Source of the DNA: Candidatus Enterousia onthequi | GTDB lineage: Bacteria > Pseudomonadota > Alphaproteobacteria > Rs-D84 | Direction of reading: 5' to 3' | Assembly: GCA_018064365.1 (NCBI GenBank) | Contig: JAGHVJ010000004.1 | Location: 8,686 to 72,685, forward strand | Length of the DNA: 64,000 nucleotides | Shown here: piece by piece, positions 59,214-64,000 of the stretch | Numbering within the stretch: the first letter of the stretch is position 1 | How the letters are laid out: each line of letters starts with the position of its first letter | Made by a program: the position numbers and the translations under genes | The notes under the pieces: model-generated | Told to the model about the DNA's origin: nothing | What the model saw: only the letters and a program-made list of their open reading frames with translations | The model's database searches: none

Positions 59214-59990
59214 TTATTGGTTTTTCAACATATTTTGCAATTCTTGTAATGAAGTCCAAACATCGCGTTTCGCAGACGGTTTTAACAGTAAATAATTCGG
59301 ATGATAAATTGGCATTACGGGGATTCCCGCCGCATTTTCACATAATTTACCATGCCCTGTTGCCAATTTAACATCTGCAATTGCCAAGGCCGGTGTTGCC
59401 CCAAGGGTTAAAATTACACGCGGCGATAAAAATTCTAACAAACGCGACACAAATGGTCGTGCCAATGATAATTCTTCGTCCGTTGGCGTTCTGCCACCGG
59501 GGGTGCGCCAAAATACAACTGGAACAATGGACACCATATCACGCGACATACCAATTGCCCCCAACATTTTGTCCAGTAAATCACCAGACGCCCCAGATAA
59601 AATTTTGCCAGACACATCATCTTCGGCCCCAGGAACATCTGTCACAATAACCAGTCCGTTTGGACTTTTTGCAATGTTTGGGAAAACAGTCTGGGTCGCA
59701 GCACTGCGCAACGGATGATTTAATTCTGCAATCATACGCAATAACCCGTCAATATCTGCCGGACGCAAAGCCATAGAATCTGCAGTTTCTTGGGTAATTG
59801 TACAAGATGGTGCAATTGGTGGAACAATCGCCACAGGTTGATTGGCAATTGTATTCGTTTTTGTGTCTGGATTTTTTTGTTCGTTCACAACAGAAGCCGC
59901 AGCCCACTTGGCACGCAACGCACATGGAACATCTGTAATTTCCCATTTCACACCAGCCAAAATCAAATCATCAATAGTGCAATCGTTCAT
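59214..59990 (-). CDS. uracil-DNA glycosylase family 4-like protein with an N-terminal extension and a diverged motif A
   Basis: GLVIVTDVPGAEDDVSGKILSGASGDLLDKML corresponds to the GE(A/G)PG..ED..G.PFVG.AG.LL motif, and IYHPNYLL to the HPS motif. The start is set at MNDCTIDD (59990); the longer track ORF would overlap pal. Confidence 0.7.
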   Translation of the reverse strand: MNDCTIDDLILAGVKWEITDVPCALRAKWAAASVVNEQKNPDTKTNTIANQPVAIVPPIAPSCTITQETADSMALRPADIDGLLRMIAELNHPLRSAATQTVFPNIAKSPNGLVIVTDVPGAEDDVSGKILSGASGDLLDKMLGAIGMSRDMVSIVPVVFWRTPGGRTPTDEELSLARPFVSRLLEFLSPRVILTLGATPALAIADVKLATGHGKLCENAAGIPVMPIYHPNYLLLKPSAKRDVWTSLQELQNMLKNQ

Positions 59991-60071
59991 TTTTTTATGT
60001 TTCCTCTTGCTTTTAGGGTTTTCATAGTATAAAATAAACCACGAGTAACAAAAACTCAAGGGAGTATTTTC

Positions 60072-60488
60072 ATGAAAGTAAAAAACTTTGCTTTGTTGGC
60101 GGGTGTTGCAGGCATGTTGGCCGCTTGTGGCGGTTCCAGTGTCGTTGAACCAGCTGACTTGAACGATCAACGCGTGTTCTTCGCATTTAATTCTTCTGAA
60201 GTTTCCGAAGAAGCCAACAATATGTTGTTGGGTCAATCTTTGTATATGAAAAATCACGAAGATGTTAAAATCCAAATTGCTGGAAATTGCGACGAACGTG
60301 GTTCCACAGAATACAACTTGGCATTGGGCGCACGTCGTGCAAACGCAGCAAAAACTGTGTTAGTCAATGACGGTATCGATGCGAAACGTATTTCTACAAT
60401 TTCTTATGGTAAAGAACGTCCTTTGGTTAAAGGAACGGGCGAATCCGCATGGAAATGGAATCGTAACGCAACAACAACTGTTAAATAA
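60072..60488 (+). CDS. pal: peptidoglycan-associated lipoprotein Pal
   Basis: Lipobox MLAACG and an OmpA_C domain (VFFAFNSSEVSEEA...IAGNCDERGSTEYNLALGARRANAAK...ISYGKERP). Confidence 0.92.
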   Translation: MKVKNFALLAGVAGMLAACGGSSVVEPADLNDQRVFFAFNSSEVSEEANNMLLGQSLYMKNHEDVKIQIAGNCDERGSTEYNLALGARRANAAKTVLVNDGIDAKRISTISYGKERPLVKGTGESAWKWNRNATTTVK

Positions 60489-60506
60489 TAGTTGATCAAA
60501 GATTCG

Positions 60507-60537
60507 AAAAACACCGACAATTGCCGGTGTTTTTTTA
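60507..60537 (+). terminator. rho-independent terminator of pal
   Basis: aaaacaccgac-aatt-gccggtg followed by a T7 run. It has the same imperfect stem as the terminator at 53697. Confidence 0.8.
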
Positions 60538-60561
60538 TTTACGAGCACAACAATAAAAAAA

Positions 60562-60593
60562 ACAAAAAAGCCGGTGTTTGCCGGTCTTTTTTA
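60562..60593 (-). terminator. hairpin terminator of parAB
   Basis: A-run, gccggt-gttt-gccggtc (the CCGG cores pair), T-run. Confidence 0.55.
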
Positions 60594-60599
60594 ACATTT

Positions 60600-61478
60600 T
60601 TATTTAATTAGTTTTGCAAGTAATTCTTGTAATTCTGGGCGACTGGAAAATTTTAGAATAATTTGCCCTGCCCCGCCACGACGTTCAACCAATTTTGCCG
60701 GTATTTTTAATGATTTTTGAATGTCGCTTTCTATTTTTTTCACTTCTGAATCAGGGATTGTTTTAGATGTATATTCCCGGCTTTTACCGGCCCTTTTTAC
60801 ACTTTTTACCCTTATAGCCACATCCGCAACCGACATTTTATTTTCTATAATGTCACGCGCCAATTCTTCTGGGTTTTCTGCAACCGCAATTGTTCGCGCG
60901 TGGGACGCCGATATTTTTCCGTCTGACACCATTTGGCGCACAGATTCTGGCAAATCAATCAAACGCATCGCATTACGAATATAACTTTCAGATTTGCCGA
61001 TTAAACGCGACACATCCGCCATGTCATAACTGCATTTATCTATTAAATTTTTGTACGCCGCCGCCTCTTCTATTGGATCCAGATTTTCGCGTTGCACATT
61101 TTCAATCAAAGCAATTTCCATTGCGTTATTGTCATCTAATTTTTTTACAACCGCCGGTATTTCTGTCAATCCGGCCAATTTAGAAGCACGAAAACGACGT
61201 TCGCCCGCAACAATTTCATAATTATATGAACGTCCCGATACAGCACGCAAAAGAATCGGCTGTAAAACGCCCTTTTCTTTGATAGACGCCGCCAAATCAT
61301 TTAATTCAGCATCTTTGAAAGTTTTGCGCGGCTGGTCTGGATTCGCACCAATTTGCGTCAACGGTATTTGTTTAATAACAACACGTTCACCACCTGTTAA
61401 AATAGAAATATCTGGAATTGTCCCCATACCAGCCTGGATATCTGCCAAACCACGTCCTAAACCAAATTTTGACGACAT
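60600..61478 (-). CDS. parB: chromosome partitioning protein ParB/Spo0J
   Basis: GLGRGL, IGANPDQPRK, GVLQPILLR, YEIVAGERRFRA, plus a helix-turn-helix. Confidence 0.95.
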   Translation of the reverse strand: MSSKFGLGRGLADIQAGMGTIPDISILTGGERVVIKQIPLTQIGANPDQPRKTFKDAELNDLAASIKEKGVLQPILLRAVSGRSYNYEIVAGERRFRASKLAGLTEIPAVVKKLDDNNAMEIALIENVQRENLDPIEEAAAYKNLIDKCSYDMADVSRLIGKSESYIRNAMRLIDLPESVRQMVSDGKISASHARTIAVAENPEELARDIIENKMSVADVAIRVKSVKRAGKSREYTSKTIPDSEVKKIESDIQKSLKIPAKLVERRGGAGQIILKFSSRPELQELLAKLIK

Positions 61479-61479
61479 T

Positions 61480-62256
61480 TTACTCTCCCTGTTGTTCTAA
61501 TTTATTCACAATCTCGGTTGCGACACGCAAATAACTCTGTGCGCCAGTTGAATTAAAATCATAAAACAATGCAGGCTTGCCATGGCTGGGAGCCTCGGAC
61601 ACACGAACATTACGTGGTATCACAGTTTTAAATACCGTATCACCGAAAGTTTTACGAACATCATCTTCCACATCACGCGTCACAGAATAACGTTTATCAT
61701 ACATAGTCAACAGCACACCTAAAATACGCAAATCCGGATTCCATTTTTGTTGAACTATATTGATAGTACTAACAAGTTGGCGAATACCCTCCAACGCAAA
61801 AAATTCGCATTGTAATGGGATTATAACACTATCCGCCGCATTTAACGCATTTAATGTCAAATGCCCCAACGCAGGCGGACAATCCAATAAAATAAAATCA
61901 TAATACCCCAGCACAGGTTGCAACGCATCACGCAATCTATACTCGCGATTTTCTACATCCAACAAGTCAACCTCGGCCCCGGCAAGTTCTATACCGGACG
62001 GCAACAAATGCAAATTCGGAACAGCCGTTGTCAGAATATTATCCGTAATACTTTCTGTCCCCATAATTACACCATAAACATTTTGTGGATATTGCGCACG
62101 CACAAAGCCCAAGCCAGTTCCGGCATTACCCTGTTGGTCCAAATCAATCAACAAAACCTTTTTCTTGATAGCAGCCAACGATGCGCCGATATTTATTGCA
62201 GTTGTGGTTTTTCCCACCCCGCCCTTTTGATTTGCAAATGCGATTATTCTTGTCAT
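61480..62256 (-). CDS. parA: chromosome partitioning ATPase ParA/Soj
   Basis: MTRIIAFANQKGGVGKTTTAINIGASLA (deviant Walker A). The start is set at 62256 with an AAGGAAG Shine-Dalgarno; the track ORF is 32 codons longer. Confidence 0.95.
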   Translation of the reverse strand: MTRIIAFANQKGGVGKTTTAINIGASLAAIKKKVLLIDLDQQGNAGTGLGFVRAQYPQNVYGVIMGTESITDNILTTAVPNLHLLPSGIELAGAEVDLLDVENREYRLRDALQPVLGYYDFILLDCPPALGHLTLNALNAADSVIIPLQCEFFALEGIRQLVSTINIVQQKWNPDLRILGVLLTMYDKRYSVTRDVEDDVRKTFGDTVFKTVIPRNVRVSEAPSHGKPALFYDFNSTGAQSYLRVATEIVNKLEQQGE

Positions 62257-62365
62257 AAAAAACACTTCCTTTCTTGTCGGCTTGATGATTGGCGATTTTT
62301 CCGATTCGGTCAAGCAATATAAAAACACCACACAAAAATTGCGCATTTTCAAAAAGTTATCAACA

Positions 62366-62379
62366 ATTTCATATGAAAT
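62366..62379. promoter_or_regulatory. perfect 14-bp palindrome ATTTCATATGAAAT (AT-shifted parS-like or operator-like site)
   Basis: Self-complementary when read by eye. It lies 110 bp upstream of the parA start and matches the parS consensus TGTTNCACGTGAAACA at 11 of 16 positions with its flanks. Confidence 0.3.
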
Positions 62380-62494
62380 AATTATTTTTTCACAAAAGCC
62401 GCCCTGCCCGGTATTTTTTGTCTTTTATGCAAAAACAACCGGCGTTTTTTTAACACACATATAAAAAACACCCTGTTTTCAATTTGTTATATAT

Positions 62495-62510
62495 TATTTC
62501 ACATGAAACC
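62495..62510. promoter_or_regulatory. candidate degenerate parS site TATTTCACATGAAACC
   Basis: Matches TGTTNCACGTGAAACA at 13 of 16 positions. It lies in the rsmG-parA intergenic region. Confidence 0.35.
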
Positions 62511-62533
62511 ACCGGCATTTTTTGTGTTTTTTA

Positions 62534-63097
62534 TCAAAAAGACCGGTATTTTTCAACATTTAGAATAAAACCATCACCGGTTTGTGACGGATATAATTTA
62601 AAATCAAAGTTATATTTTTGTTTAGCAACCGCAACTTCTTCCAAAACATGGACACCTTTTAACAAAAACAAAGAACCACGAACAGGGCGCACATAATCCA
62701 AAATACGAACCAGAGGCGCAAACGCACGCGCAGTAAACACATAATTTTTATTCTTGTTCAAACCAGCAATATAATCTTCGACCCGACCATGATATATCGT
62801 CAAATTATCTAGATGCAGTTGGTTTTTAACCTCGGTTAAAAAATTCACCTTTTTAGCAATAGATTCTATACAAACAACACGCCACCCCAGTATTGCCAAA
62901 ACAACCCCAGGGAACCCAGCCCCAGAGCCTAAATCTATTATATTTGCATTGTGCGGTAAAAAATTTGCAATCTGGGCCGAATCGGCAAAATGACGTTCAT
63001 CAATATTGTCCAAAGTGCTGGGCGCAACCAGATTCATGCGCGACGACCATTCGCGCAACAAATTTTTATACAGTTCAAATTTATCTTTGTTTTCCAT
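62534..63097 (-). CDS. rsmG: 16S rRNA (guanine527-N7)-methyltransferase RsmG (GidB)
   Basis: WSSRMNLVAPSTLDNIDERHFADS...IIDLGSGAGFPGVVLAI. Confidence 0.92.
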   Translation of the reverse strand: MENKDKFELYKNLLREWSSRMNLVAPSTLDNIDERHFADSAQIANFLPHNANIIDLGSGAGFPGVVLAILGWRVVCIESIAKKVNFLTEVKNQLHLDNLTIYHGRVEDYIAGLNKNKNYVFTARAFAPLVRILDYVRPVRGSLFLLKGVHVLEEVAVAKQKYNFDFKLYPSQTGDGFILNVEKYRSF

Positions 63098-63123
63098 AAA
63101 AAATATTTTATCATATAAGAATC

Positions 63124-64000
63124 ATGAAACCAATAAAAACATTTTTATTCGTGTCGGGGGGAGCACTTGCCGTATTGGTGGCTGCTTTTTTATCGAACAC
63201 ACAAAAATCAGCAGTACAAACCGCTGGGAAAATACCAACAACAAACTATGGCGCTTTTTTGGCTGCACAACATGCGTTGCACACCAATAATTTTGACCGA
63301 GCAAACGAGTTTTTGGGTCAAATTAGCGATGACGCGCATGAATACAAATCCGTTGCAGAAATGCGTATTTTAACAGATTTTTTAAATGGTGTTATTCCGA
63401 GCGACATTACCGAATTAAAAAAACAAAAAAACATTACATCGCGCATAATCGTTGATGCGAATTTGGTGCAAAATGGTAAATGGTCTGATATATACGCGAA
63501 ACACAAAAACGACAATATGCGGTTGATGGCCCCGTTTCGTATTTGGGGCGGTGTTGCAAATAATTATATCACAAAAAGTTTCAATTTTATAGATTCTTTG
63601 GGGACAAATCCGTCATGGCAAGCGTTTTTGCGCGGTCAAGTTTATGCTGAACAGGGCAGGGTAGAAAAAGCAACGGCGGCATTCGACAAGGTTAAACCAG
63701 AATTTTTGAATATAAATGATTATTTGTATTTAATGTCTTTTTACAAGCATAATAATTTAACATCCCAGGCAAATATTTTAAGAACTAAATTCACGACAAA
63801 ACCTGGCAGTATGTTTATGATTGGGTATAACGATATTCCAGATTGGTCTGTATTTGCCGGGTACAAAAACCAGTTAGCATTTAACTTGGTTCAAACCGTT
63901 TCTCATACCCAGGCGTTGACAGATTCCGACATGTCGTTGATTTTGTTACAGTTTGCTAGAAACGTGGCTGATAAAAACCAAATTCAGTTGGATGCTATCA
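63124..64000 (+). CDS. hypothetical exported/membrane-anchored helical-repeat protein; its 3' end runs off the right edge (not in the ORF track)
   Basis: Hand translation is open from the ATG at 63124 to the window end: MKPIKTFLFVSGGALAVLVAAFLSNTQKS...FLRGQVYAEQGRVEKATAAFDKV... (TPR-like). Confidence 0.6.
   Translation, partial: MKPIKTFLFVSGGALAVLVAAFLSNTQKSAVQTAGKIPTTNYGAFLAAQHALHTNNFDRANEFLGQISDDAHEYKSVAEMRILTDFLNGVIPSDITELKKQKNITSRIIVDANLVQNGKWSDIYAKHKNDNMRLMAPFRIWGGVANNYITKSFNFIDSLGTNPSWQAFLRGQVYAEQGRVEKATAAFDKVKPEFLNINDYLYLMSFYKHNNLTSQANILRTKFTTKPGSMFMIGYNDIPDWSVFAGYKNQLAFNLVQTVSHTQALTDSDMSLILLQFARNVADKNQIQLDAI

Noticed and set aside
62257-62533. A chromosomal replication origin (oriC) in the rsmG-parA spacer.
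   Set aside because: The only DnaA-box-like 9-mer is a single one-mismatch match (TTATCAACA at 62357). I saw no cluster of boxes and no obvious AT-rich 13-mer array, and neither dnaA nor hemE is adjacent.
62537-62554. The A-tract-ACCGGT-T-tract palindrome aaaaagaccggtattttt, considered as a fifth copy of the spacer motif.
   Set aside because: It lies inside the rsmG coding sequence (codons for EKYRSF), so it may be coincidental. It was not counted as a regulatory repeat.

Overview
AT-rich (by eye) 64 kb chromosomal segment from a Gram-negative, proteobacterium-like genome: Pal, a TolC-like channel, an RND pump, Skp, an LpoB-like lipoprotein and a parAB-rsmG cluster are all present. I cannot assign taxonomy from sequence alone. 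Most of the window is housekeeping: gyrA, rpmH, valS, a marR-tolC-adaptor-RND efflux operon, one tRNA-Glu, a reduced cell-wall cluster (PBP1A-mraY-ftsW-murG), rpmE, rluD, dnaX, skp, accBC, rnpA-yidD, mreB, xseB-mutS-truB-rpsO, rsmE, der, pnp, ybaB, infC, pal, parAB and rsmG. The classical operons are conspicuously broken up. Six things stand out. (1) An operon of three large paralogous prepilin-like proteins carries a PilV / shufflon-N-like signature. It is packed together with a zinc-ribbon membrane protein, a secreted protein and rluD, and a separate small pilin plus OmpA-type lipoprotein sit right after dnaX. No pilus machinery is in the window. (2) A 1100-aa secreted protein has about 40 cysteines, a duplicated 6-Cys module and a C-terminal glycine-zipper membrane region. 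I recognise no family for it. (3) A GC-rich, hairpin-built MITE-like repeat family has three copies, two of which are direct repeats bracketing a small GIY-YIG nuclease gene. (4) An orphan VirD4/TraG-type coupling-protein gene heads a tight operon with two lipoprotein genes, far from any other type IV secretion gene. (5) There are parS-like palindromes upstream of parA. (6) Several proteins have degenerate catalytic motifs or unusual lengths. No CRISPR array, rRNA gene, integrase, transposase or reverse transcriptase was seen. All calls rest on reading the supplied ORF translations and the DNA by eye; no searches were run.
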